A stretch of 64,000 bases of DNA from an uncultured beta proteobacterium (GCA_963699535.1 CAVOUJ010000018.1:16417-80416), one strand, 5' to 3'. Counted from the first letter of the stretch, positions 1 to 10,565 are shown. Notes: a model not told the origin generated them from the sequence alone. A program made the numbers and translations.

Positions 1-1040
1 GCGCGCGTCGCGCGGCTCGCGCTGCGACCTCCAGTTCTCCTGCGCGAGGGCAAGCGCCCTCTCTTTTTGCCCGAGAAGATGGAGGTTGAACCGTGCCTCC
101 TCCTGCAGGTGGAGCTTGTCGCCGCGCAGTGCCGCCGCGTCGAAGCGCGCCTTGAGCGCCTGGACATGCTCTCGACCTTGCGGCGCATCGAGAGCTTTTT
201 CGGCAAGCGCCAGACGCAGCAGCAGCACGTCCGAGCGCACCCAGTCGCGCAGCACAGGTACGACCTCAGCGGGCCTTCCCTGATCGAGCAGGAAATCCGA
301 CCAGGCCGCGAGCAGAAACTGGTCGCGGACGCGCAGGCCCAGCGCGGCCCGAAAATGCTCCTCGGCCTGCTTCGCGTCGCCTTGGCGGAGTGACATCTCG
401 GCGAGCCGGGTCAGTAGCCAGACGCGCGCGGCAGGCGAACCGTCCGGGTCGCGTGCGAACGCCGCAGCCAGAGCACGATGCGCCGCGGCTGCTTTCCCGG
501 TGGTCCCGTCCACGTAAGCCATGCAGGCGACCGCGCCCAGCTCGGTCTCGATCCCCCGCAGAGCGACGCAATCGGCGCGCGCGGCGGCATAGTCGGCCTG
601 GACCATGTGTATGGCCGCGCGCCAGGACCAGGCCCGGGCGTTCTTGGGGTCCGCGCGCGTCGCAACCTCCAGGTCCCGCAACGCGCTGGAAAAGTCGTGA
701 CTGTACTGCTTGACGATTGCGCGCATCACGAGCGCCTCGGTCGGCGCTTCGGGCGAATCCCACCAGGGCTTGAGCGCGGCCTGGGCGTAGCCGGCGTAGC
801 GCGGGTCGCCTTCCTCGCCGGCAAGTTCGAAGTAGCGCTCGGCTAGTCGGAGCGCGACTTCCAGATCTTGGGGATCGCGAGCGAGCTCGGCACGCAGCCT
901 CCGCAGCTCGCGCGCGACGGGATCGCCCGGTCTCACCGGGAGGCGCTCGAGCACCGTGGCGTCATCCTTGGGAACGTAGGGAGCAGCATGCGCCGCAGCC
1001 GCCAACACCGCGACCGCGGCACCACGAGCCAGGTTAATGA
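1..1040 (-). CDS. Exported TPR-like protein, runs off the left edge (partial)
   Basis: Not in the ORF track. Manual minus-strand translation gives ...AVAVLAAAAHAAPYVPKDDATVLERLP...GDPRYAGYAQAALKPWW...QYSHDFSSALRDLE...ARAWSWRAAIHMVQADY, i.e. signal peptide then helical TPR-like repeats; start codon uncertain. Confidence 0.7.
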
Positions 1041-2077
1041 TCGTGCCGATGGTGTATGTCCGGATAGTGCGGATGGCTGTGGGTGAGCGGTTCATGCTGG
1101 TGAGCATGCGAGTGCGGCTCAGCGCCGCCCCAGTCGAAATCGTGCTGATGGCGATGATGCGCATCGTGCGTGTGAGGATGGACGTGGGCGAGCGCGTCAT
1201 GCCTGTGCAGGTGCTTATGGTGCTCGGTGAGATGCAGGACAACCCCGGCCGCCATCAGAATCGATGCGGCCCAGAACCAGGCATCGGACCGCTCACCGAG
1301 CAGTACGAACGACAGGACCGCGCCGATGAATGGCGCGGTTGAAAAGTACGCCCCGGTGCGCGCGGTGCCCAGATGGCGCAGCGCCACCACGAACAGGGCC
1401 AGACTGACCCCGTATCCGAGCAGCCCGACCAGAGCCGCAGCCCCCGCCAGACCCGGAGGCGGCAGCCCTGCCCCGAAAGCCGTCGCCGCCGAGATGTTGA
1501 CCACACCCGCTGCGAGACCCTTGATGCCGGCAATCTTTACCGCGTCGCCCGAGGAAATCCTGCGCGTGAGATTGTTGTCGAGCGCCCAGAGGAAGCAGGC
1601 AGCCGCCACCGCAAGAGCCGGCCAGGAAACGGCCACCTCGCCCGGCCGCCAGCTCAAGAGGGCCCCGCCGCACACGATCAGGAGCATTCCCAGCATCACG
1701 CGGCGGTCGAAATTCTCCCGGAACGCGAACCACGCAAGAACCGCGGTAAACACGCCCTCGAGGTTGAGCAGCAGCGAAGCGCTGGACGCCGGGGTGGCGG
1801 CGAGGCCCAGCATGAGCAGCACCGGTGCAACGACCCCGCCCGAGACAACCGCCGCGGCGAGCCACTTGGCGTCGCCCGGGGAGAACCGGGGGCGCTCGGT
1901 GCCGGCCGCGTCCGGGCTGCGCAGGGCGAGCCACAGTCCAAGTCCCACCCCGGATCCGGCGTAGAGGAGGCCTGCAAGCATGACCGGCTCCACGGTGCCA
2001 ACGAGCAGTTTGGCGATCGGTGTGCTCGCCCCGAACAGGGCCGCAGCGGCGAGGGCATGAGAGACGCCGGGTTTCAT
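1034..2077 (-). CDS. DMT/EamA family transporter with His-rich C-terminal tail
   Basis: About 10 hydrophobic helices, EamA-like motifs (LLLNLEGVFT, WALDNNLTR), tail HHKHLHRH...HYPDIHHRHDH. Confidence 0.85.
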   Translation of the reverse strand: MKPGVSHALAAAALFGASTPIAKLLVGTVEPVMLAGLLYAGSGVGLGLWLALRSPDAAGTERPRFSPGDAKWLAAAVVSGGVVAPVLLMLGLAATPASSASLLLNLEGVFTAVLAWFAFRENFDRRVMLGMLLIVCGGALLSWRPGEVAVSWPALAVAAACFLWALDNNLTRRISSGDAVKIAGIKGLAAGVVNISAATAFGAGLPPPGLAGAAALVGLLGYGVSLALFVVALRHLGTARTGAYFSTAPFIGAVLSFVLLGERSDAWFWAASILMAAGVVLHLTEHHKHLHRHDALAHVHPHTHDAHHRHQHDFDWGGAEPHSHAHQHEPLTHSHPHYPDIHHRHDH

Positions 2078-2259
2078 GCCACGGCGGCCTCCGGACCCAC
2101 GGGAAAACAACGGAGTATGGGGCGCCCGCGCATGCGGCCTCGACCCCACCCCTGGGGATTCTGGAAAACCTTCGCGTTTTCAAGTATCTCTGATACGATA
2201 CGCGCTGGTTGACCGGTTTCCGGTGACCGGATTCTAAAAACGCTCAGAGGAGAGATCAG

Positions 2260-2493
2260 ATGAAGAAGCTTGTTTTGTTGCTGACCGCCGCAGCCTTTGC
2301 AGTGTCGAGCGGCTTCGCAGTTGCCGCTTCCCACGCCGGCGCCCAGCCGATGAAGAAGGAAGAAGGGAAGAAGGAAGAAGCGAAGAAGAGCGAGAAGAAA
2401 GCCGCCAAGAGCGAGAAGAAAGCCGCCAAGAAGGACACCAAGGCCGCCAAGAAGGACACCAAGGCCGCCAAGAAAGACGAAGCGAAGAAGTAA
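2260..2493 (+). CDS. Small secreted Lys/Ala-rich low-complexity protein
   Basis: RBS GAGGAG, signal peptide MKKLVLLLTAAAFAV..., KSEKKAA and KKDTKAA repeats, own terminator. Confidence 0.75.
   Translation: MKKLVLLLTAAAFAVSSGFAVAASHAGAQPMKKEEGKKEEAKKSEKKAAKSEKKAAKKDTKAAKKDTKAAKKDEAKK
2386..2469 (+). repeat. Two pairs of 21-nt in-frame tandem repeats
   Basis: aagagcgagaagaaagccgcc x2 followed by aagaaggacaccaaggccgcc x2. Confidence 0.9.
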
Positions 2494-2509
2494 ATTTCGC
2501 GACGTACCG

Positions 2510-2545
2510 AAAAAGGCAGGGAGCTCCTCCCTGCCTTTTTTCTTT
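2510..2545. terminator. Bidirectional intrinsic terminator
   Basis: aaaaaggcagggag-ctc-ctccctgccttttt between convergent genes. Confidence 0.85.
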
Positions 2546-2591
2546 CTTGCGTTTCCCGGCATCTCCGGATTCGGAGGCCGACGATGGGTGT

Positions 2592-2972
2592 TCACGCCTG
2601 GGCGGCGGGCTTATCCTCGCGCTCGGCCAATTCCTTGTGCACCGCCGCCATATCGAGTTCCTTGCCCTTTGCGATGATCTGCTCGAGCGCCGAGCCGGGA
2701 AGCGCGCCCGCTTGAGCGAAAAGGATCACCTTCTCGCGGAATAGCATCAGCGTGGGTATCGAGCGGATGTTGAACGATGCGGCCAGCTCCTGCTCTTCGT
2801 CCGTGTTGACCTTGCCGAACACGATGTCGGCATGCTTTTCGGAAGCCGCCTCGAAGACCGGCGCAAAGCCCTTGCAGGGCCCGCACCAAGGCGCCCAGAA
2901 GTCGACGACGATCATGTCGTTGCCGTTCACGACTTGATCGAAATTGTCCTTGGTCAGCTCCACCGTCGCCAT
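2592..2972 (-). CDS. trxA: Thioredoxin
   Basis: VDFWAPWCGPC active site, IRSIPTL cis-Pro loop. Confidence 0.9.
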   Translation of the reverse strand: MATVELTKDNFDQVVNGNDMIVVDFWAPWCGPCKGFAPVFEAASEKHADIVFGKVNTDEEQELAASFNIRSIPTLMLFREKVILFAQAGALPGSALEQIIAKGKELDMAAVHKELAEREDKPAAQA

Positions 2973-3030
2973 TTGGGAATCTCCGAACCCGTTGAACCGC
3001 CGGCAGTATAACAGGGGCACTCTGCCCTAT

Positions 3031-3828
3031 TCAGCGCAGCGCCTTGAGAAACCCTTCGATCGAACGCCAGTACTCAGGCTCGCCCGAGATACCGTCGTGA
3101 TCGGATCGGGGAACCTCGCGCCAGGTCTTCGCGCCGCGCCACGCTTCGAACAGGACCCGCGAATGCGCGGCCGGAATGATGCGGTCCTCGGTCGCCACCA
3201 GGCAAAGGAGCGAAGCGTCGACCTTTGGCGCGAGGGCCAGCGAGTCGAACCGGTGCCGCAGCATGAGCGACACCGGCAGAAACGGATAATGGCGCCTCCC
3301 GACTTCCGCGATGCTGTCGTAAGGCGACACCAGTACCACGCCGCGCAGAGGGCGATGCGCCGCAAGGTGTACCGCGACCCCGCTCCCGAGGCTTCGGCCC
3401 ATCGCGACGATGCGGTCCGGGTTCACGTCGGGCCGAAGCTTGGCGTAATCGTAGATCGCGAGAGCATCCTGGAAGAGTTCCTTCTCGCCCGGCCGGCCTT
3501 CGCTTTCCCCGTAACCGCGATAGTTCACGAGCAGCAGGGACCAGCCGGCAAACCGGCCTGCGACGTCGACGAGCCAGGAGACCTCCTCCGCGTTCCCGCC
3601 GAAATAGACGACGAGCGGCGCGGGCGTCCCGGACCCCTTCACCAGCCAGCCGCGCAGTCTCGCTCCGTCCGCAGCGACCAGGGTCAAATCCTCGACGTTG
3701 GGGCGCGGGGCGGGGCGGGACTCCAGCGGCCTGGGAAAGAACAACAACCGTTCCTGGAAAGACCACATGAGCAGTGAGAGTACCAAAGCGACGCCGAGGA
3801 TGATCCTGACGAGCGAGGCGATCATCAA
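3031..3828 (-). CDS. Alpha/beta hydrolase (BEM46/ABHD13-like)
   Basis: YFGGNAE, NYRGYGESEG, GRSLGSG nucleophile elbow, N-terminal TM helix. Confidence 0.85.
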   Translation of the reverse strand: MMIASLVRIILGVALVLSLLMWSFQERLLFFPRPLESRPAPRPNVEDLTLVAADGARLRGWLVKGSGTPAPLVVYFGGNAEEVSWLVDVAGRFAGWSLLLVNYRGYGESEGRPGEKELFQDALAIYDYAKLRPDVNPDRIVAMGRSLGSGVAVHLAAHRPLRGVVLVSPYDSIAEVGRRHYPFLPVSLMLRHRFDSLALAPKVDASLLCLVATEDRIIPAAHSRVLFEAWRGAKTWREVPRSDHDGISGEPEYWRSIEGFLKALR

Positions 3829-5135
3829 TGCAGCTTAACCCGCGGCTCGGTGCCACGCTTGAGGAAGCGCGCCAGGGTATCGAGGGCGACGCCCACCGGA
3901 CCGTGTAGCGCGTACAAGTGCATCTTGTACAGCGAGACGTACATGAGCCTCGCAAACCAGCCCTCGACGCGGTAGCTCTTGCCCGAGAGGAAGCCCATCA
4001 GAGATCCGATGGTGCTGTATTCGCCCAGCGACACCAGCGAGCCGAAATCGCGGTAGCGGAACGGACGCGGCGGCTCTCCTCGCAATCGACCATCGATCGT
4101 GCGCGCCAGGTGGGAGGCCTGCTGGTGCGCGGCCTGCGCCGCGGGCGGCACCGGCAGGTGTCCTTCCCTGCGCGGGAATGCCGAGCAGTCCCCCAGCGCA
4201 AAAATGTCCGGATCGCGAGTCGTTTGCAGCGTCTCGAGCACAATGAGCTGGTTCAGGCGATTCGCCTCGAGGCCGTCGAGATTCCCGAGGATGTCCGCCC
4301 CTTTGATTCCCGCCGCCCAGACTGCGAGGTCCGCGGGGAACGAATTGCCGCCCCGGGTCTTCACCTCGGTCGCAGTCACCTCGACCGCCTGCTCGGAACA
4401 GAGCACCCTCGCGCCCAGTCCTTGGAGCGATTGGGTCACCGCTTTCGCGATGCGTTCCGGGAGCATCGGCAGGATGCGCCGGCCAGCATCGATCAGCGTG
4501 ACGTCGAGAAACCGCTCCGGATCGATGTTCTCCAGGCCGTACGCCGCGAGCACCCGCGTCGTATTGTGCAACTCGGCGGCGAGCTCGACGCCGGTCGCGC
4601 CACCGCCCACAATCACCACGCGCAGTTGCGCCGGCGCCGTGCCCGGCCGGTAGTTGGCCTGGATGCAGGCGCGGATCAGTCGCCTGTGGAAGCGGTCGGC
4701 GTCGGCGGCCGTTTCGAGCGCGTAAGCGTGCTCTTCGACGCCGGGAACGCCGAAAGTGTTCGCAACGCTGCCGATGGCGATGACCAGCGTGTCGTAGCGC
4801 AGCGTGCGGCGCGGGATGACCTCGCTTCCGCGCTCGTCCAGAGTCGGCGCCACAACGATCTCTCGACGCCTGCGGTCGAGCCCTTCGAGCGCTCCGCAAC
4901 AGAAGTTGAAGTGGTGCCAGCGCGCCTGCGCGAGGTAGTCCAGCTGATGCGCATGGACGTCCATGCTGCCCGCGGCAACCTCGTGCAGGAGGGGTTTCCA
5001 GACGTGGGTTTCGTTCTGATCCACCAGGGTGACGACGGCCCGGCCCTTGCGCCCGAGCCGGTCGCCGAGCCGAGTTGCCAGCTCAAGGCCCCCCGCTCCT
5101 CCGCCGACCACAACGACGTGATGCCGATCGTTCAT
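3825..5135 (-). CDS. ndh: Type II NADH dehydrogenase
   Basis: VVVGGGAGG and VGGGATGVELAAEL Rossmann motifs, WKPLLHEVAAG, C-terminal PRVKLH. Confidence 0.9.
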   Translation of the reverse strand: MNDRHHVVVVGGGAGGLELATRLGDRLGRKGRAVVTLVDQNETHVWKPLLHEVAAGSMDVHAHQLDYLAQARWHHFNFCCGALEGLDRRRREIVVAPTLDERGSEVIPRRTLRYDTLVIAIGSVANTFGVPGVEEHAYALETAADADRFHRRLIRACIQANYRPGTAPAQLRVVIVGGGATGVELAAELHNTTRVLAAYGLENIDPERFLDVTLIDAGRRILPMLPERIAKAVTQSLQGLGARVLCSEQAVEVTATEVKTRGGNSFPADLAVWAAGIKGADILGNLDGLEANRLNQLIVLETLQTTRDPDIFALGDCSAFPRREGHLPVPPAAQAAHQQASHLARTIDGRLRGEPPRPFRYRDFGSLVSLGEYSTIGSLMGFLSGKSYRVEGWFARLMYVSLYKMHLYALHGPVGVALDTLARFLKRGTEPRVKLH

Positions 5136-5187
5136 GAAAGCCCGGTTTGCCGCCAGGCCGACCCTGATATGATTTTCGACGCGAATT

Positions 5188-6102
5188 ATGCATGACTGGA
5201 CTGGAAAGTATCGCGGGCGCTTCGCGCCCTCGCCCACCGGCCCGCTGCACTTCGGATCGCTCGTCGCGGCGGTCGGAAGCTGTCTCGAAGCGCGCGTTCG
5301 CGGCGGCGAATGGCTGGTGCGCATGGAGGATCTCGACCGGCAACGCGAGGCCCCCGGCGCGGCGGACGCGATTCTCCGGGCGCTCGAGGCGTTTGGATTC
5401 GAGTGGGATGGAGAAATCGTTTTCCAGAGCCGCCGTGACGCCGCCTACGCCGCGGCGCTCGAGCGCCTGGAGGAGCAGGGGGCGGTGTTCCGCTGCGCAT
5501 GCACGCGCCGGGAGATCTCCGACTCCTCGCTCTCCATTGCAGGCGAGCCCGTCTATCCGGGCACGTGCAGAAATGGCGTCCCGCGGGGACGCGAGGCGCG
5601 GACGACTCGCGTGCGGGTGGAGCAATCGGCGATCGCCTTCGACGACTTGCTCCAGGGAAGGATGGAGCAGCACCTCGGCCGCGAAGTCGGGGATTTCGTG
5701 GTGCGCCGCGCGGACGGCTACTTCGCCTACCAGCTTGCGGTCGTGGTGGACGACTTTGAGCAGGGCATCACCCACGTGGTGCGCGGCGCGGACCTCCTCG
5801 CCTCCACCCCCCGGCAGATCCTGCTGCAACGCTTGCTGGCCTTCCCCACGCCGGGCTATGCGCACCTTTCGGTTGCGGTCAATCGAGATGGCGAAAAGCT
5901 CAGCAAACAGACGCTCGCCGCGCCCCTTACGGAGCGCGATGCGCCGGCCGAGCTCGCGCGGGCGTTGCGCTTCCTCGGTCAGAGTACGCCCGCCGACCTC
6001 GCTGAGGCGAGCATTCCCGAAATCTGGACCTGGGCGCGGAAGAACTGGCGCACCGAAGACATCCCCCGGCGAGGCAGCCTGCCGGCGGATGAAGCCCTCT
6101 AG
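5188..6102 (+). CDS. gluQ: Glutamyl-Q tRNA(Asp) synthetase
   Basis: GRFAPSPTGPLHFGSL, CxCTR, YQLAVVVDD, KLSKQ; no anticodon-binding domain. Confidence 0.92.
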   Translation: MHDWTGKYRGRFAPSPTGPLHFGSLVAAVGSCLEARVRGGEWLVRMEDLDRQREAPGAADAILRALEAFGFEWDGEIVFQSRRDAAYAAALERLEEQGAVFRCACTRREISDSSLSIAGEPVYPGTCRNGVPRGREARTTRVRVEQSAIAFDDLLQGRMEQHLGREVGDFVVRRADGYFAYQLAVVVDDFEQGITHVVRGADLLASTPRQILLQRLLAFPTPGYAHLSVAVNRDGEKLSKQTLAAPLTERDAPAELARALRFLGQSTPADLAEASIPEIWTWARKNWRTEDIPRRGSLPADEAL

Positions 6103-7013
6103 TACCGCAATCCGGCCGCCCTGCGCTGCGGCATGAGAACGACCGCAACCGCCGCGACGACGAGGACCAGCGCGGCGAAATCGCTCCACTGCGGACGCTC
6201 GCCGAGCACGAGCATGCCGCTGAAAACACCGACGATCGGAATCATCAGAGTGGAAAGAGACGAAACGCTGATCGGCGCGTGGGTCGCGATCTTGATCCAT
6301 GCCCAGTTGCAGAAGATCGAGCTGACGAGCGCGTTGTAGATCAGCCCCACCAACGGCAAGGTCGAAAGCCCGAACGGCGAGAAGCTCCCCTTCTCGAAAA
6401 CGAGAGCGCCAGTGGTGATGGGCAACAGGGCCAGCAGCATCTGCCAACCGGTAAACGAAGTCGTGGGAAGATTGACCGGCCAGCGCTTCATGATAGCCGT
6501 GCTGATCGCCCAGCAGATCGCCGAGGCGACCAGAAGCAATGCCCCGGTCGGAGAGCGCCCGACGGCGCGCACCTCCTCGCCGAGGAGCAGCAACATCCCC
6601 AAGAGACCCAACACCACACCCGCCAGACGCCTGCCGGTCAGCGGCTCGCGCAGGACCCACACCCCGAGCAGCACACCCCACACCGGAAAGGTGTACGCGA
6701 GGATCGCCGCCCGGCCCGAATCCATGAACGTGACGCCATAGACCGCAAGGACATTCCAGGCGGCGACGTTGAAGGCAGTGATCACGATCAAGCGCGGCCA
6801 TTGTCCGCGTGGAACCCGGATCGGCAGCCCGTTGGCGCGTGCGATCGTAAACAGACCCACGGCGCCGGCGATCAGGCACAGGACGCGGAAATGCAGCGGC
6901 GCCATTTCCGTCATCACGACCTTCATCAGCGGCCAATTCGATCCCCAGCCCAGCGCGAGCAGAACCACCAGGACAATGATCGCCGGAGGCAAGGCGGACG
7001 TGCGCGTGCTCAT
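6099..7013 (-). CDS. DMT/EamA family transporter
   Basis: About 10 TM helices, WGSNWP, LREPLT, LGERP. Confidence 0.85.
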   Translation of the reverse strand: MSTRTSALPPAIIVLVVLLALGWGSNWPLMKVVMTEMAPLHFRVLCLIAGAVGLFTIARANGLPIRVPRGQWPRLIVITAFNVAAWNVLAVYGVTFMDSGRAAILAYTFPVWGVLLGVWVLREPLTGRRLAGVVLGLLGMLLLLGEEVRAVGRSPTGALLLVASAICWAISTAIMKRWPVNLPTTSFTGWQMLLALLPITTGALVFEKGSFSPFGLSTLPLVGLIYNALVSSIFCNWAWIKIATHAPISVSSLSTLMIPIVGVFSGMLVLGERPQWSDFAALVLVVAAVAVVLMPQRRAAGLRY

Positions 7014-7136
7014 ACCTGGACCCGTTTATTAATATGAAACAGCGTGTTACTGGATAGTATTCACTGACTTCGGAGTCCGGGGGAAACTTTTTTCTCCTCT
7101 AACACATTGTTTATATTGACTTACATTCGCATATAT

Positions 7137-7202
7137 TGCGAAGCACAAATTTATTGTTGACAGAGCTTGTTTTCCCGGTAGAATCTCGATTGGTGCAGTG
7201 CA
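7137..7202 (+). promoter_or_regulatory. Sigma70 promoter of phasin flanked by PhaR-type TGC-N3-GCA boxes
   Basis: TTGACA (7157-7162)-16 nt-TAGAAT (7179-7184); TGCgaaGCA at 7137-7145 and TGCagtGCA at 7194-7202. Confidence 0.7.
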
Positions 7203-7241
7203 ATATTTCTAGACCGCAATAACCGAATGAAGGAGATCACC

Positions 7242-7790
7242 ATGTACTTCACGAACGAACAAGTCGCCGCCGCCAACAAGGCTGGCGTAGAAGCCATCCT
7301 GGGTCTCGCGAACTCTCAACTTGCAGCTTTCGAACGCCTGTCGCAACTGAACGTCAACGCGGCCAAGGCTGCCTACGAAGAAGGCACCGGACACGCCAAG
7401 GCGCTCCTTGCCGCCAAGGACGTCCAGGAATACCTCAGCTTGAACGCAGCAATCGCGCAACCGGCGATCGAAAAGGCCATTGCGTACACACACGGCCTTT
7501 ACGAAGTCGCTTCTCAAACGCAGGGCGAGGTAGCGAAGTTTTTCGAAGCGCGGACCGCGGAGTTTAGCAAGAACGTCGTCGGACTTCTCGACAAGGTTTC
7601 GAAGAACGCGCCGGCAGGTTCCGACGCTGCGGTCGCCGCGGTGAAATCCGCGCTTGCCGCGGCCAACTCGGCCTACGAAAGCATGAACAAAGCGGCGAAG
7701 CAGGCCACCGAGATCGCCGAGGCGAATTTTGCCGCCGCGACCACGGCAGCAAAGGAAACGCACAAGAAGCAGCAACGCGCGACAGCCTAG
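7242..7790 (+). CDS. phaP: Phasin (PHA granule protein)
   Basis: EQVAAANKAGVEA...KNAPAGSDAAVAAVKSALAAANSAYE is typical of betaproteobacterial PhaP; RBS AAGGAG. Confidence 0.9.
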   Translation: MYFTNEQVAAANKAGVEAILGLANSQLAAFERLSQLNVNAAKAAYEEGTGHAKALLAAKDVQEYLSLNAAIAQPAIEKAIAYTHGLYEVASQTQGEVAKFFEARTAEFSKNVVGLLDKVSKNAPAGSDAAVAAVKSALAAANSAYESMNKAAKQATEIAEANFAAATTAAKETHKKQQRATA

Positions 7791-7845
7791 ATCGCAAAGT
7801 CTCCTCCGCGCCCACAGTCCTCCTCCTCCTCTCTGTGGGCGCCCT

Positions 7846-7873
7846 AAAGCCCTGGCGCAAGCCAGGGCTTTTT
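7846..7873 (+). terminator. Intrinsic terminator (likely bidirectional)
   Basis: aaagccctggc-gcaa-gccagggcttttt. Confidence 0.85.
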
Positions 7874-7896
7874 GTTTGTGCTCCGCAAGGAGCCGT

Positions 7897-9762
7897 TCAG
7901 GCTGCGGCGCGCGTCCCTGCGTCCGCACCGATCGTTAAGACCTTTGGTGAAGGCCGCTCGCGGTACAGCTCTTCCACGAGGTCCGCGCGGTTCTTCAGAA
8001 CCGCGCCCTGGTTGATCGAGCCCTTGTCGGTGATCTCGTGCATGTCGATCGAGGGCGGTGACTCCAGCAGGATCATGCGGACGATCCGGTTGGAGCTGCC
8101 GGTGCTGCCCGCAACCAGGCGCTCCAGCAGATTCTCAAAACGGGCGCGAACGCGCTCATCGCCGAGGACTTCCGAATCCGTGCCACCGCAGATATCCCGG
8201 CAGGCCGCGAGATTCGGAAAGACGAGCGCCGCGATGAAGTCCCGTTCGTGTCCCGCGATCACGACGTCGCGCACGTGGGGCGCCCCCTCCAGGATCACCT
8301 TCGCTCTCAGCGCCCCGACGTTGACCCAAGTTGCAGTAGAAAGCTTGAAATCCTCGGAGATGCGGCCGTCGAAGACCAGCCCCTTCAAGGGATCCGCGGA
8401 ATCGGCGAATTTCACCGCGTCGCCCATGCGGTAGAAACCTTCTTCGTCGAACGCGGCCCGGGTGAGTTCTGCTTCGTGAATGTAGCCTGGCGTGACGTTC
8501 GGCCCGCGCACGCGGAGTTCGATCTTTTCGCCGTTCGGGACGAGCTTCGCTTCCAGACCGGGAGCGGGAAGGCCGACGACGCCGGCGCGCCCGCCGGTGT
8601 CCCAGTTGCCGCACAACGCGAAGGGCGCCGTTTCGGTCGAGCCCAGTGCCGTGATAAGCGGAATGCGCTCGCCGCAGGTTTCGGCTGCAAGCCGCTCGAG
8701 CGCATCCCAGACGTTCTGGGACATGCCTGCTCCCGCGTAGAGCAGCATCGAGAGCTGGCTGAAGAATCTTTCCCGCAGCGCCGGTTCGCGCTGCAAATAG
8801 GGAATGAGATCCTCGTAACCCTTCGGGACATTGAAGTAGAAGGTCGGCGCGATTTCCCGAAGGTTGCGCACGGTCTTTTCGATCTCGCCGGGACCCGGCC
8901 TGCCGTCGTCTATGTAGAGCGATCCGCCGTTGTAGATCACCAGCCCGAAGTTGTGGTTTCCACCCGCGGTGTGGTGCCAAGGCGACCAGTCGAGGAGCAC
9001 CGGGGGGGTATCACCGAGAAACGCCAGCGTCTGAAGGATCATCTGCTGGTTGCTGCACAGCATGCGCTGCGTGTTGATCACGCCCTTGGGGAGGGAGGTG
9101 GAGCCGGAGGTGAACAGGATCTTGGCGACGGTATCGGGACCGACATTGTCGTGGGCTCGGTCCACGGCTGCAGTGGGACCGGTCTGTTGCAGCTCCGCGA
9201 AAGGGGTCGCGAGGCGCCCTTCGGGGGGCTCCCCCGCCACGACCAGTTCCGTCTCGGCCGGCACCGCGCCCGCGATCGCGCGCGCATAACGGCGCCCGTC
9301 CGTGGCGAATACCAGTCCTGGCTTGAGCAACGACAGGATATGCCGGAGCCGCCCGAAGTCGGAGGAGACGAGCGAATACGCCGGCGACACCGGCGCGAAC
9401 AGCACGCCCACATGCAGCGCGGCGAGCGAGAGCAATCCATGGTCGACGTCGTTCTCCGAGAGAATCACGACCGGCCGATTCTGCGACAGCCCTCTATCGA
9501 GAAGCGCCTGTCCGATCGACCGCACGACGCGCAGCGTGGCGGCGTAGTCGAGCCTCCTCCAATCGCCGGATCGGGCGCGGCCCGCGATGCAGATTCGATC
9601 GGGAGCAACGCGGGCCCAATGCAGGAGCCGCTCGGTGAGGGTCCGCGGATAGGGGCCGAGTGGATACGGCGACCGCAGATAGGTCACGCCGCCGGGAGCC
9701 TTCGAAACATCCATACCGATCGGCCCGAAATGCGTGCGCCTGAATGGAGCGGAGGTCGTCAC
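7897..9762 (-). CDS. fcs: Feruloyl-CoA synthase-like acyl-CoA ligase
   Basis: [50 protein letters not shown]; GTG start overlaps the upstream stop. Confidence 0.85.
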   Translation of the reverse strand: MTTSAPFRRTHFGPIGMDVSKAPGGVTYLRSPYPLGPYPRTLTERLLHWARVAPDRICIAGRARSGDWRRLDYAATLRVVRSIGQALLDRGLSQNRPVVILSENDVDHGLLSLAALHVGVLFAPVSPAYSLVSSDFGRLRHILSLLKPGLVFATDGRRYARAIAGAVPAETELVVAGEPPEGRLATPFAELQQTGPTAAVDRAHDNVGPDTVAKILFTSGSTSLPKGVINTQRMLCSNQQMILQTLAFLGDTPPVLLDWSPWHHTAGGNHNFGLVIYNGGSLYIDDGRPGPGEIEKTVRNLREIAPTFYFNVPKGYEDLIPYLQREPALRERFFSQLSMLLYAGAGMSQNVWDALERLAAETCGERIPLITALGSTETAPFALCGNWDTGGRAGVVGLPAPGLEAKLVPNGEKIELRVRGPNVTPGYIHEAELTRAAFDEEGFYRMGDAVKFADSADPLKGLVFDGRISEDFKLSTATWVNVGALRAKVILEGAPHVRDVVIAGHERDFIAALVFPNLAACRDICGGTDSEVLGDERVRARFENLLERLVAGSTGSSNRIVRMILLESPPSIDMHEITDKGSINQGAVLKNRADLVEELYRERPSPKVLTIGADAGTRAAA

Positions 9763-10565
9763 CTGCTTTTCCTCACCTTGGGAGCGCGCTTGTCCAGAAA
9801 GCTCTGCATGCGCTTCTTCGCTTCGGGGTCGGCCTGCGCGATGCCGGAGATCATCGCCTCCATGAACATGCCGTGGTCCTGCCCCGCTTCGGAGATCCGA
9901 GGGAGCGCGTGCATCACCGCGAAGTTGGTGAGCGGCGCGTTGGCCGAGATCAATCTCGCCAGCTCGAGGCCCTTGCGCAGCCCTTCCCCCGCGCCGACGA
10001 GATAATGTGAAATCCCGAACTGCTGGCCTTCCTCGGCGGAATACACCCTCCCGGTCAGCATCATGTCGGTCATGCGCGCGGCGCCGATGATGCGGGGCAG
10101 GCGCGCCGAGCCGCCGCCGCCGACGAAAATTCCGCGCTGGCCTTCGGGAAGCGCGTAGAACGCGGAAGGCTCGGCCACTCGAATATGCGCCGCGCAGGCG
10201 AGCTCCAGGCCGCCGCCGACCACCGCCCCCTGCAGCACGGCGACGACCGGCACCGAACCGAACTGGACCCGGTCGAAAGCGCGATGTCCCATCATCGAGT
10301 GCATCATGCCGTCGGCGGCGGTCAAGTCCTTCAGTTCCGCGAGGTCCAGGCCCGCGCTGAAATTGCCGCCCTCGCCGTACAGCACCACCGCGCGTACGCC
10401 CGGGTCGACACTCGAGAAGAACCGCTCGATCCCGGAAAAGAGCGCGTCGTTCAGGGCGTTGCGCTTGGCAGGGCGATCCAGCCGCACGACCGCTATCTCC
10501 CCGTCGCGCTTGACCCGCAGGTCGCCTTGCGCAGACATCACCGGATCGCCGGCCGCTTCTTTCAC
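9759..10565 (-). CDS. Crotonase/enoyl-CoA hydratase
   Basis: FSAGLDL, GAVVGGGLELA, LPEGQRGIFVGGGGS. Confidence 0.88.
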   Translation of the reverse strand: MKEAAGDPVMSAQGDLRVKRDGEIAVVRLDRPAKRNALNDALFSGIERFFSSVDPGVRAVVLYGEGGNFSAGLDLAELKDLTAADGMMHSMMGHRAFDRVQFGSVPVVAVLQGAVVGGGLELACAAHIRVAEPSAFYALPEGQRGIFVGGGGSARLPRIIGAARMTDMMLTGRVYSAEEGQQFGISHYLVGAGEGLRKGLELARLISANAPLTNFAVMHALPRISEAGQDHGMFMEAMISGIAQADPEAKKRMQSFLDKRAPKVRKSR

